Origin: the human T2T-CHM13v2.0 reference genome, Homo sapiens | Assembly: GCF_009914755.1 (NCBI RefSeq) | Contig: NC_060932.1 | Reading direction: 5' to 3' (one strand) | Length of the DNA: 64,000 nucleotides | Part shown: in pieces, positions 1-13,120 of the stretch | How positions within the stretch are numbered: the first letter of the stretch is position 1 | How the letters are laid out: every line of letters starts with the position of its first letter | Translations under genes and position numbers: made by a program | The notes under the pieces: generated by a model | The model's database searches: none | Told to the model about the DNA's origin: nothing | The model's input: the letters and a program-made list of their open reading frames with translations, nothing else

Positions 1-370
1 GGCAGGGCTGGATTCTTTTATGGTGACTCAAAGGCAGAATCTGTTTCCCTTCTTTTTTTAGCCTCAAGAGGCAACCCATATTCCTTGACATATGGCACTC
101 TTCCTCCATCTTTTAAGCCAATAGTGTTGCATCACTCTGATCATTACTACATACTCACATTTTCCTCTAACTGCAGCTGAAAAAGATTCTCTGCTTTAAA
201 GGACTCATGTGATTATATTGGACACTTCTGGATAAATCAGGATAACCTCCCCATAACAAGATCCTTAGCTTAATCACATCTGCAAAGTCTTTTGTCATAT
301 AATATATTTACAGGTTTCAGGGATCCATATGAGAATATTGGGGGGGGGGACATTATTTCACCTGCCATAT
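1..370 (-). mobile_element. MLT1 (MLT1C/D-like) MaLR solo LTR, partial
   Basis: Antisense MLT1 hallmarks: aaggactcatgtgattatattgg...ggataacctccccat..aagatcctta.cttaatcacatctgcaaagtc...ggacattatttcacctgcca. Confidence 0.8.
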
Positions 371-451
371 ATCTTACTGTCATGTTCTAATTTATAATAG
401 AGACTACGAATTCCAAAGTGCCATTTCAAAGAAGCAAATTGCAGGATGTAA

Positions 452-893
<442 letters not shown>

Positions 894-2896
894 TTTTACT
901 GCTTTTGTAAGGTTAGACTTTGGAATTAAAAGAGGGTGTCTGAGGTGACCATGTCAGAATTTGCTCCTTTACAGAGAACATTGGAGATCCCTCTTCCCCT
1001 CTCTCTTTCTAATGTTATGCATTTCTCGACACCTGATGTAGAATTGATAATGGGTTAAAAGCATCTTTTCCATTTCTTTGACTAGAGCAAAATGAAGCCA
1101 TAAAAATATCTACCAACCCTGGGAAGCTCTTGCATAAATGACTGGTGTTTATTGCTAATGTAAAATGTTTTTGATTGTGAACATGCTGCTGTGTGATCTT
1201 CTGAATAAAGATAATTTTATACTGTATGAATAATTTCCCTTTGTTTTCCAAAGTGTTTGAGTGGTTAGAAAAAATATTTTTATTATATGTCTGTCAGTTT
1301 CACTATACAAAATTGAAACAATCTTGGAAGTTATGAGTACAACCAGATGGATGAAGATTTCCGATTCCAGTCTGGAATGTGAACAAAGCATAAATGCTGT
1401 TTGTGGATTATGAGTTATTTACTAGGACTTATCTTAGAACAACGTAATCAGTACCTCAGCAACTATCTAGTTCTGCACACAGCAGGCACTCATTAAATGT
1501 TTATTATTTGAATAAGAGAATCATTTTATTTGTCTTCCCATCAATAGTTGTTCAATTCTATTTTTCCCAGTCAGTGCCTCATACTACAATTGTTCATCCT
1601 GTACCTAAAATTAATACACATTCCCAAATTTGTTACATTGTTTTGGAGAATACATGACTCAGCCTTTTTGCCAAATGCTATACCTTTCCAGAAGCCTTAT
1701 AATTATACTTTGTTAATTGCAAACCACAAAGCTGCCATCATTTCTTTCTCTCTCTCTTTGTAAAAAAAATGGTATCCCAGAATAGATAAAGAAGCCATGA
1801 TTTATATGACTCTCTTTTCCTTTCTGTTACAAACTTGTTTCCCTCTCCCACAATAGGAAGAAATTATTAGGCAGATTAAAAGCTTTCCTTATGGAATCTG
1901 TAAAAGAAATGATGCTTGTACTCGGCTCCCGACTGCAAAGGCCACCAACAGAGTAAGGGATGGCAGAAAGGACACGGAAAAAGAGATGCAGGCTGAGATT
2001 GAATCCAGTGACCTTTGGAGAGATTCTGCTGGCTCATGCACCAGTGCTTGAAAGTTCTGTGTTTTAGTTTCACAGTATAAAAATGTGCTGAAAAACATCT
2101 TAGTATATTGTCTTTTAGGCTCATCTGGGACAGATATCCGTCAAAGGTAGTGATTGGGCTTTCTAAGGGAAGGTGATATGTTATTCCTTGCAGGAAATAA
2201 TTATTTATATGTCCCGTTCCCTAGATAGCTATTGAAATTTGTGTGCCGGGCTGTGGAGAAAGTAGTTCTGTGAAAACCTGGGAAGAATCTGATTAGAGAG
2301 TGGTGAACCCTCCCTGCAAATGCAGAGGAAGCACAAGGAAGAGGAAGGCAATCCCTTCACGTGATGACCCCGAATCATTCCAGTCCAACCCTTCACAACA
2401 GAGGGACATTTTTTTGCTTAGTTATGGCAGGTTCTCCATTTCAAACAATTTGCTTTAGACCCATTCTTGCCCCTCCCCCTCCACCTTGGACATCACTCTT
2501 TTAGACCTTCTTGTCACTTTACAGCTCACTCAAGCCAAGTCACAAACATTAGTTTTCCTTTGCTGCACATCACAAAAGCCCCATCCACCCTCAAGTTAGG
2601 ATGTGGCTTCTGTGACAACCCTCGGAGCCACAAGCCAAGCCCCTCATTGTCCGGGGACCAGTTAGTCATGCCTACTTGGTTTACCTACCTGGTTTGTTGG
2701 GAGAGCTTGATAAAATAATATGTTTGACATGCATGGCCAGCTCCAAAGTGTTCTTCAAAGACGACAGAATCAATCTTCTGTAAAGATGATTAGTCCCTCA
2801 CTGTCTTCACCTCTCAGCCAGGCTTCTGTGTTCATGTGAGTTTTATTATGGATTTTCTTTCAGAATGGTGATAATTTAGCATGACATTTTTAATAC

Positions 2897-3050
2897 ATAT
2901 TTTTAAGTTACAATTTATTGAAGTGTAACATAAATACAGAAACATACACCAATTTCAAGTGTGTGGTGGAATGAATTTTCACGAAGTCAGGGTACCCATA
3001 TAACAAACATCCAGATCAGGAAATAGGACATTACCATCGTCAGTGCCCTG
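2897..3050 (-). mobile_element. Old L1 (L1MC/L1ME) 3' end fragment
   Basis: caatttattgaagtgtaacataaatacagaaacatacaccaatttcaagtg...aacatccagatcagg..ataggacatt resembles the antisense L1M 3' end. Confidence 0.7.
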
Positions 3051-3954
3051 ATGCACAACTCATGCTCCTCGCAATTCAACAGGTTTCTAAAACAGTGTCT
3101 TTTGGGAATCCAGTGACTTCTCTACGTAGTCATCTATGGTTTCCCCAGTATGCATGGCTCTGTATATCTTTAGTGAGAAGGTCACTTTCTCTGCAAGGTG
3201 TAGCCTACAGCCTTTTTACGGAAGCAAAAATACCTACAACAAGTGAAGGACATTTAAAGGATTGAACTCCAATGTGTGCAAAATCAGCATGAACTCTACA
3301 TGTGATGACTAAGGCATTGATCATAGAGAGTAGGAGATAATCATGTGGGGTGGGGAGGGGGTCCCAAGCAAAGCATTGTCAGAAGCTGGGAAAGGTATTA
3401 TAGAGACATTTCTTCTTCTTATCCCTCACCTCACCCTATACTTTGCACCCCAGATCCTGTTTTGCTGTCTTATATTAACTTTGACCACCCGCCACACCCT
3501 TCTATCCAGGAAGAGTTCCATCCGGCAAGATATGCAGCCCTAGTTCTTTTCCTCCTTTATCCACTACCTTTGCTTATTGCTGAGCTTCCCCTGTCTGCTC
3601 CTTTCCTTTACTGTCAATGGTGCATGTCTCCGACTTAATAAAAACAGCCTTGGGTTTTGTATTTCTAATCTATGGGCTATTAATGAAATGCGGCAGTGGT
3701 TTCATTGTTATATCTAACCACCATGAGCATCCAAGTGCCAAGTGTATATTGTGATCACTAAATTGCCATGAGACACGGGCCCACAATTCCAGGAATGTGC
3801 CATTTGCCATAAAGCTATATCTGAAATTGCTATTAACTCTTTCCTCTGACTTCGGTTCTTCTACTAGGAATTTTCTTTCTTATCGTAACTCTCCTAAATA
3901 TTATATTATCCATAGTTCTCTATTACTAGCCTCATTTATATTGAGACTTTTTAG

Positions 3955-4490
3955 ACATTTCATTAAGTCACTCACTCCATGAAGACCGTTTATGGCAAAG
4001 CACCTATTATAGGCAAAGCATTCTATTAGGTGCAGGGAAATAATAATAATTAGCATGTGGATCTTGCTTTTGAAAAAATTACCAAGGGACATAGGACATG
4101 TGCATAAATATGTATATTTTAAGTGACCAAAAGGATTGACAGATAATGGTATGGATGGCTGAGAGATGAGAAGTGAGGAGTAATTCCTTAGGACTGGGTG
4201 GATGAAAGAAAACCTCATGAAGGAAGTGACATTTTAAGAGGGCCTTAAAAGTTGGGTTGATTTTGGAATATATGATGATTTGGTAATCTTGGTGGTGGAA
4301 TCAGGGTGAATAAGAGAAAAGTGAAGACCAAATTGAGTTTGTATAAAGAACAGTGAATAGTTAGGTATTGTATCTGTTAGAAATGCTTGCAGGTGAAAGG
4401 AATATCAACATCAAAAACAATAAACGCTACCAAACTAGCTCAAACTGAAAGGGCATTAAGGGTGTATTTTGAAAGAATCCTGGAGGTATT
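3955..4490 (-). mobile_element. L2 3' fragment (degenerate)
   Basis: gcacctattataggcaaagcattctattaggtgcaggg and aaacctcatgaaggaagtgacattt..gagggccttaaa are antisense L2 motifs. Confidence 0.6.
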
Positions 4491-4744
4491 TTGTCCCAGA
4501 CTGACCACCACCTTCATTCTTTGTTCAGGGCCAGCTTTGTCATCAAGGGCTAGCCTTCTCCTCTTCTTCCACTCCATCATTCTTAGCACATCGGCTCTTG
4601 ATGTCAGCTTACCATGACAACTCACGGCAGTGCAGAAGCACATGTCCATCTCTAGGTCAATCGCTGGGAAGGTGATGGGTTTGTTACGATTTTCTGGGAT
4701 TAACTGTATTCAGAGCCCTTATGAAAATAGGGTTTGTTAACAAA

Positions 4745-4865
4745 AGGAAAGATGAGAAAGAAGAGGAAGAGGAGGAAGAGGAAGGAGGAAGGAAGCAGAA
4801 TGTGGAAGTGAATAAGAATACAAAGAAAAGATTGAGGAGGAGGTGGAAGAGGAGTAAGGAGAAAA
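4745..4865. repeat. GA-rich low-complexity purine tract
   Basis: aagaggaagaggaggaagaggaaggaggaaggaag...gaggaggaggtggaagaggag. Confidence 0.8.
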
Positions 4866-4954
4866 TGGCTTAAAACTTGAGTTTTAGGGGCACAGTGAGA
4901 TCATTTTGGCTACAAAGTGGGATCATATTATGGGTAAACTGGTAAATCCCATGG

Positions 4955-6230
4955 TCAGCTTTTAGTCTTTTTCCTTGACCTCTTCTTTCACCTGTTGGAC
5001 TCTGTTGACTCACCTTCCCCCTCTGTCCTGCTTTTTCCTGTGTTTACTTCCTAAGCTCTGGCTGCTCCTTTTCAAGGTCGTTTGCTGGTGTCTGCCCTCT
5101 GTTTCCCACATAAATGGCAGTGCTCCCAGGTTTCTCTCCAGGTCCTCTCTTCTCAGTCCTCCTAAGGAAACCCACATAAACTCAACAACTTGATACACAT
5201 TGCTCTCAAACCTCCAGCACAAATCTTTAACTGCTCTTTCTGCCTTGGATCTGCCTCCCCACAACCTCCCCATGTAGCTCAGCCTCTGTGGCTTCCCTCA
5301 AGCTTTCCCCACACCCTGGAATTCCACACACTTTCTTTGGTGTTGTCCAACAAATCACTTCTCATTCAAGAGGAATTTATTTCAGGTTGCCTCTCTGCAG
5401 TCTAGTTCCTACCGCCTTCCGCGGGGTTCCCTGTGCCCTCCCTCACCTCTTCAGTGCCTCTCTTCATGCTCACTTCACTGTACCTAGTCACTGATTCAAG
5501 GACCAGCAACTCTCTAGGTCACTCCAAAACCATTGCAGCCTGCCCGCTGCAGGCCACTCTCAGATGCCACCCAGATCCCTGGAATAGTCTTTTTATCCAC
5601 CTCCTTGTACCCCTCCGGCTGTTCTCCAAATTGTGCTTTATGTGGTAGCAAAATGATTTTTTCTAAACAATAGTGGTGTGATGACTATCCTCTGCCCAAA
5701 ATCTTTCCAAGGGTTCCTGATATTCTCAGGAGAAAGACAAAGGCCCTGACATTTCATACAGAGCCGTACAAGGGGCCTCCCTCTTCCACCTTGATGTACA
5801 TTTGTCTCCCTCTTGCTTTCTCTACCACAGTTCCACCAGCCTTCTTTCATTTACTCCAAAGTGGCATGCCATCTACCTTCCTCCACAGGATCTTTACAAA
5901 TGCTTTTCTTTGCCTGGAATGTCTATCTTCTCCACCTTCATCACACTAGCTGCTACTCCTCTATCTGATTGCAGCTCAAGAGGTACTGCCTTGGGAAAGC
6001 CTTTCTTAACATTTGGATCCCTGACTTCATGGAGCCTTGTCTCACTCATTCATTGTGTTTGTCATTATTTATGACCGTGGAATTGTTTTTGTGATTGTTT
6101 GATTAATATCTGTTTCCCTCTCTAAATAGTCATCTCTGTAAGAGCAGCAGCTGGGGCTATTTTGCTGATGTTTTTATTCCCACTATCTTGTATGATACTT
6201 GGCATGTCATAGACACTTAATAAATATAGT
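4955..6230 (+). mobile_element. L2 3' region (end of ORF2 plus 3' UTR), degenerate
   Basis: Sense L2 motifs (ctctggctgctccttttc, tttgcctggaatgtct, ttggcatgtcatagacacttaataaat at the 3' terminus). Confidence 0.7.
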
Positions 6231-7471
6231 GCTTTTAGCAAAATGAACTTTCTCTTTTATACCATGAAATTCTGGGAAACTGAGACAAGCCTGGTTTAAT
6301 GCTATATTCTGAGGACCTTGAAGAGTTTTTATCTATGAAGATTGCTAAAATTATTGATAAATGATTGATTTAAGAAGGCATTGTGGATATCAGGCTAATT
6401 AATTTGTGATTATTGATGGAAGACTGTGTGTTTGTAGGTGTTTATTGCCCTAACCAGCTAATCCCAGATACCCTCACCCAGTATTTCTCTATAATGTTCC
6501 TAATCCATTCTTTCTGCCCCAGTTTTCTCTTTTAAATGGTCAGTGAGGGCCTGGAAACATGTTCTCACCTCTGATCAGACCAAGGAAGCAGAACTTCTCT
6601 AATATGTGACCATGGTTTCCCTGGTTTTGAGGGATTTGATGTTCTAAGATGCCTCCGTCTTGCCAACTTTGTAGTCTGTTCTGTTTCAGTCTGTTATTTA
6701 TTGTGTTTTTTCAATTCTCCCAGCTGCCTCTCTTAATCTCAAATTCCACTATTCTACTTGCTAAGTCCTTTCATCTAGAAGTGACATTGGGGAAGGAGGC
6801 ACATTGAACACTTTCATGGACCCAGGTCCTAAATGGCAATGTGTACTTAGCAGTGAACAAACTGTGTTAGTACTGAAGCTGCTGCCACAAAGAAAACTGT
6901 CTTTCACCTGCAGGGTCTATTTATGTGACCACATGTTGAAGCTCAGGTAAATCTTCAGCATCCTCTCATCCTGCCTTTCCTTTCTGATTAGGAAATCTTT
7001 TATTTATCATGGTTTTCATTTTCTCTGAACAGATGGTGCATTACCAACAAGTGACAAATGACTATCCTCCCAACAAGTATTTAGAAACAAATAAAATTAA
7101 CCACAAGAAATATGGCAGCAGGGTGAGTAAGAAGCTCACAAAGTAAATGAGTTTATCACATTATTTGCTTCCCTACTGGCATCATGAGATCCACTTTTGA
7201 AAAATATATATAAAATAGTCAAAGAAACTGATTTAGACAGATCAGTTAACCTCATATATATTTCCTCCAAACACAATTATTGGGAAAAATAACTAATCTT
7301 TTCTTGTCAAAGCATTTGCTTTCCTAGAAGACAGCAGAGTTCTGTTTAGCCTCATGTAAGGAAATAGTGTAATGCATTGTGATAAATAGATGCCTCACAC
7401 CTTTCTAGGAAAGAAAAATGTTGAGGCCTTTGACTGCAACTAGATGGACTGAAGCTAAATGCAACTATCTC

Positions 7472-8256
7472 CGTCAGCAAAATAGACCCAGTTGCTGCTC
7501 TCTCAGAGATTGCAGTTTAGAGGGGGAAATAGATATTAATCAAACAATCACAAAAACATGGTCATAAATATAAGCACAATGAATGAGTGAGAAAAGCTCC
7601 ATGAAGTCATGAATTTGAATGATAAGAAAGGCCTCCTCCAGGAAGTGATTCTTAAGCTGCAATCAGATAGATGAGTAGGCGTTAGTGTGGTAAAGGTAGA
7701 GAAGATAGACAAACATTCCAGGCAAAGGAAAGAGGATTTGTGGCCAGGCACAGTTGCTCACACCTGTGATCTCAGCACTTTGGGAGGCTGAAGTGGACAG
7801 ATACTTGAGCCAAGGAGTTTGAGATTAGCCTGGAGAAGATGGAGAAATCCCATCTCTACAAAAAAAGATACAAAAATTAGCTAGGTGTGGTGGCGCACAC
7901 ATGTAGTCCCAGCTATTAGGGAGGCTGAGGTGGGAGTATCGTTTGACCCCAAGAGGTCAAGGCTGCAGTTGCCACTGCACTCCAGCCTGGGCAACAGAGT
8001 GAAACCTGTCTCAAAAAAAAAAAAAAAAAAAAAAAAAGCATAAAAGCATTTGTAAAGATCCGGTGGAGGAAGGAGATGACATGGAACTTAGGAGTAGATG
8101 AAAGAAGGCCAGTTGAGTTGTGGCACAGAAAGCAAGAAGGAGACAAATGTGCATCGGTGTGAAGAGAGAGGCCCCTTGTAGGGCTCAATGTGAAATGTTA
8201 GGGCCTTCCAAGAGTTCCTGTTATTCTTTCTCCTAAGACTAACAGGAATCCTTGGA
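7472..8256 (-). repeat. Inverted duplicate of L2 segment 5705-6170, interrupted by an Alu
   Basis: Colinear reverse-complement match, including an exact 28-nt stretch (7531-7558 = reverse complement of 6084-6111). Confidence 0.92.
7742..8037 (+). mobile_element. AluJ element
   Basis: ggccaggcacagttgctcacacctgt...gtctc followed by poly(A); J-type gaggtcaaggctgcag; degenerate TSD aagaggatttgt / aaaagcatttgt. Confidence 0.95.
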
Positions 8257-9159
8257 CAGGTGCTTTCAGCAGAGAATTCCCAGCTTACTCTCATTGTTTG
8301 AAAAAGCTCATTTTGCAACTAAAGGCATTATGTCTTCAAAGCTGCATTCTATGACATCCACTCATGCTCAGCATCAGAGTATGCACTCAGACATTCTAGA
8401 TGTGAGCTATAGATACTCTTTTTTTTTAATGTTTTTAGATAATGCCACTAATTCTGATTCTCTGAAATATTTCAACCTATGAGATGTGCTTTAAAACATA
8501 CATGCTTTGGATGAAAATGCCATAAAATGGAAATGTGATATACCCTATAAATAGATGAAATTATATATAAGAACATCTTAGGAAGAGGGTAAAATTAAAT
8601 CAGTAACTGAAACAGTAATTGTAAAATATTGTTATATTTCCTCACTTTTCACAGATACTTCACTGATAAAAAGGGGAACAAAATATGAGATTGTTAGTCA
8701 CATGATTTCCTTACCGTGAACAACAGTTACACACTTAAATGTAGGCTGATAGTAGTTCAATCAGAGTCCACACTTCTTTGAGAAGTTCATGTTCTGCATG
8801 AGTTAGTCATGGCAAAGTGAATAAATAATTCATGTGTTACTACTCCCCACCCTTCCTAGATGGATGTAGTGTAAGGGATGTTAATACACCTAAAAGCAAA
8901 AGATGGATATTCTAACTTCAGGGATGAGTGTGGAGCTAGGCGGCCTGTTCCACCGATCTCTCTTTCCTTCTCTCCTGAATCGTCAACATTCAAAGTTGCA
9001 GTGGCATCTCACATCTTTGAAAACAATTCCACCTTGATCTCACTTTCCCTTCAGCTTTCAGGTCCTTCCACCCCAAAAGTATCTATAATGATATATGAGT
9101 GATATGTGATTAAGTATTGATATAATCATAATCCTTAGTTTGGGAATTAATTTTCATTT

Positions 9160-10915
9160 TCTCCCCCAGTCCTCCCTGACCACCACTCCCTTGTCCCTGT
9201 CCTCTTCCAAAGGCTCTACCATCATAATCAAGAATATCTCCTTGACTGTAATACATCATGACAATATTGTTTTGTCTGGGTATGTTTTCACAAAAACAAA
9301 ATTATGCTACATTTTAAGAAAAGAAAATTGTGCTAAAGAGTCATTCTGACTTAATTTTTTTCTATTCAACACTTTTAAAACTATTCAAGTTTCTACATGT
9401 ATTGTTTTAAAATTTATTTTTTAGTTAGCAAATAAAAAGTATATATATTTATTGTGTGCAACATGATGTGATATATATGTGTATATTTTAATGTATTTGT
9501 GATGCCTACTTGCAGTTCCATAGCATAAACCTTTCACATTTTCTCCTCCTTTCCTAAATTGCCTCTATCTCTCCCATGCCACAAACAACACTGTGGTGAG
9601 TATCATTATGCACACCCTCTATCTTCTTTTCTTAACTTTTATTTTAGGTTCAGGGGATACATGTGCAGTCTACATGGGTAAACTGTGTGTCACTGGAGTT
9701 TGTTATACAACTTCCCTTACTCAAAAGAGAGAAATGTGTTTAGTATATACATCCAGGAGTGGAGCTGTTATATCCTAGGTGTGTGATTAATCAATTGCAC
9801 CACGGATTGCTTTCCAGAAACGCTACATTAATTTACACTCTCAACAAGAATCCACTAGGGTTTCTGTTTCCCAACATCTTTCTGACACTTGGTATTATTT
9901 GGGCTCTCTAATTTTTGCCAGTCTGATGGAAGAAAACCCTTGTTTTAACTTGCATTTATTTGATTGCTAGTGAGGCTGAATATTTGTTCATATACTTGTT
10001 AATCATTTGGATTTCACTATAAATTATATATTTAAATTACTTGCTTATTTTTCTATTGTGTTTCCTGTCTTCTTGATTTGGGGGTATTTCCTTAGATTTT
10101 TAAGATATTACTCCTTGTTGATTGTAAATCTTTCCCAGTCTGTGATCTGTCTGTCAACTTTGTCTAAGGTATTCTCTGTTGAACAAAAAGCCCCATTTTT
10201 TTTTAAGAAAGGAAGTAAAGTACACTTGGAAGAGAGCCAAGCTGGCAACTTAGGAGATTCAAGTGCTAAAGATCCCACATTTAGATGTATGGTTTGTGTA
10301 TTTAGCAGTCTCAATGTTTTCTATATATTCTTCTATTAACCTTGTAGTTCCACCCTTCACATTTAAGTTTCCCCTCTGTATGGTACGAGGTAAGGATTCA
10401 AGGTTGTTGATTTTTCTTTAATTGGTAGTTTTCTCCCAATACCTTCTGCTAAACAGTCTACCATTTCACCATTGATTAATGGTGCCAGCACTATCATATA
10501 TTAAGTTAACCCTGTCATGTAGTATTTTCTGAGTTCTCTGTGTTACACCAGCAGCATGCATCTATTTATTAGCAGGACCTTAATATGTGTGTTCATATAT
10601 GGTAAAGCAAAATCCTTGCTTTTGTTCTTTGTCAAAATAACCTTAGTTTGTTTTACTTGTGTCACTTTCAAGTAAGTTTTCCAAAGTTCTCAAAATTGTT
10701 GTTTGGTATTGTATCAAATTTATATGTAAACTTGAGGAAAATTAAGATCTTTAAAGTGTGAAATAATCCCACCCATGAACAAAACTTATCTCTCATTTTA
10801 CTTAAATATCTTTTAAGACCTTTAACAGAGTTTTTAAAATGTGCTCTGTACAAATTTTATGGATTCTTGGCTAAGTTATTCCCTAGAAATTTACTAATTT
10901 TGTTGCTGTTGTAAA
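9160..10915 (-). mobile_element. Old L1M (L1MC/L1ME) 3' UTR and ORF2 end, with small nested L1 3' fragments (about 9405-9475 and 9625-9705)
   Basis: Antisense L1 motifs: aatttacactctcaacaag, taatttttgccagtctgat, cttgcattt..ttgattgctagtgaggctgaatattt, atcccacccatgaaca. Confidence 0.8.
10206..10267 (-). mobile_element. Short ERV1 LTR fragment (MER50/MER4-group-like) inside the L1M
   Basis: aaggaagtaaagtacacttggaagagagccaagctggcaacttaggagattcaagtgc resembles the antisense MER50-type LTR as I recall it. Confidence 0.5.
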
Positions 10916-11414
10916 TCTACATCAGTAGTCTGTAGCTTTCTTTCTGAGATTCTCCCTGTAGATACACCAAACTGTCAATTTGATATTTTCATTTTGAACA
11001 TCTCTCATTACCTAAAACTTCACATGTACCCAAATGTGCATTTGATCTCCACCCCGCTTCCAGAATGTTCCCCCTTCAGTCTTCTACAATTTTAATAATA
11101 GCTACCACTTTCAGCTCCTTCCAGACATCCGATTATAAATCTTTTACTGATTTCCTACCTAAACTATTCTCTTTTTCACCATTTCATTTGACGCCTCATT
11201 AAGTTTTACTTTAAAGCTAAAGTTCTTTATAAAAGCAGTCTTTTCAAAATTAGCACATAAATATTTATTGAATAAATTATAATTTTTTTTCTCTGATTGC
11301 AGAGGTTGGTGGTGACTTTTAGGTCATGGCAGCAATATTTTTCTTGCATAATCATAAAATATAATGCTGTTGACGCAAGTACTGTTTTTAAAATAAACTT
11401 GCCCTTAAAATGCA

Positions 11415-11810
11415 GTGGGTATTAATAAGAATAGTATAAAATATGCTGTTATAACAAATATCACCAAACTCTGAAAGTTTATTTCTTACTAAGCAAAGTC
11501 TGCTGTGGGTATAGGTAACTCTCTAGGGCAATTGTTCTTCATCCCAGTTTTGGTAGTGATACAAGTGCATGGAATCTTCACCATCCTGTAAAAACATTAT
11601 CTGGAACTCAGTCTTGTTCATTGACTTTGAAGGCAAAGAGAATACCGTATGATTTTTCATTGGCAATGAGAAGCTTTAGATCGAAGTGACACATTTCACT
11701 TCCACTCATAGACCATTATCTGGAACTGCACCTAACTACAAAGAGGCAGGGAAGTTTAATCCCCCCAAGAAGAATGGGATGTGGGAGGGCACCAGTAGTT
11801 TCCACCCCAC
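11415..11810 (-). mobile_element. MLT1 (K/L-like) solo LTR, degenerate
   Basis: tatgctgttataacaaata...gtttatttcttact...gaagtgacacatttcacttccactcat...cacctaactacaaagaggcagggaagt. Confidence 0.7.
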
Positions 11811-12226
11811 AATGTGTATGATCAAGAAAGGAAAAGCAAATCTGCTCACCCATAACACAAAATCCTTCACGTTTCCTTCCAGCATTAGCATATTGTGTTG
11901 TGGACATTTTGTTCTGTCAGGACCATCGATTTTAAGTTCTTCTGAGATAATATGGTCTACAGTTTGTTCAGAATGGTTCTAGTTCTCAATGTTTGCTTTT
12001 TAGAATTTTACTAGAAAGGAGAATGATCCTGGAGAAACTATATCTATATCTAACTAGAGCTATACCTGTATCTGTATCTATATATATATATCTATATCTT
12101 CCATTTCAAATGGCCTGGGAATCATATAGAATGAGCTGCCATGACTATAGTCATATTCAGCCAAGGAAGTTAATTGTGAGGGAAATATTGGAGACTCATA
12201 TGTAACTCAGCACCTTAAGATGCTCA

Positions 12227-12547
<321 letters not shown>

Positions 12548-12554
12548 TCATTGA

Positions 12555-12725
12555 ATTTATGTCTGATTTTGGGCAATTTAGTTAATCTCTCTGTGTATCC
12601 ATTTTCACACTGCCAAGTATTAATAGTAATAGTGCCTCCTCCTTGGGGTGTTGGAATATCAAATAGGATAATGCATGTGAACCGTTTCCGTGGTCCCCAT
12701 CACTTAGTAAATGCTAAATAATCAG
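12555..12725 (+). mobile_element. MIR
   Basis: ttgggcaatttagttaatctctctgtg...ataatgcatgtgaa...tagtaaatgctaaataa MIR core and 3' end. Confidence 0.7.
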
Positions 12726-12984
12726 GAGTATTGAGAATATATGATTTCATCATGATTTAAACATTTGGTCCTAACTTTTGGCATCAAGTACATTAGGGAT
12801 CAAAAGATTTTAAAAATTGTTTTTTCCTAAAAACACATAAAATTGCTTTTTAAAACTATGATTTTTCAAAGTTAAAAGGTGAGACAAAAAAACGAACCTT
12901 GAAATAGTTTGTCTGTGTATTTGAGGTGTTCACAAATAATCTCAGCTGTTGCTAAGACAGCATAAGGAAACAAATTTTTTAGTG

Positions 12985-13120
12985 ACCTGGATTCTAGCTC
13001 AGATTTCTGCTAACTAGCTTCAGGATTTAGAAGTGGCGTTAATGCCTGGGTCCCAGTTTTGTTGGTTCTACTATGAAGGGATTTACTAGGCAATCTCTCA
13101 GAGTCATTTTAGCACTCGAA
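12985..13120 (+). mobile_element. MIR/MIR3 fragment
   Basis: gacctggattctagctcag.tttctgctaactagct...ctaggcaatctctcagagtcattttagc. Confidence 0.5.
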
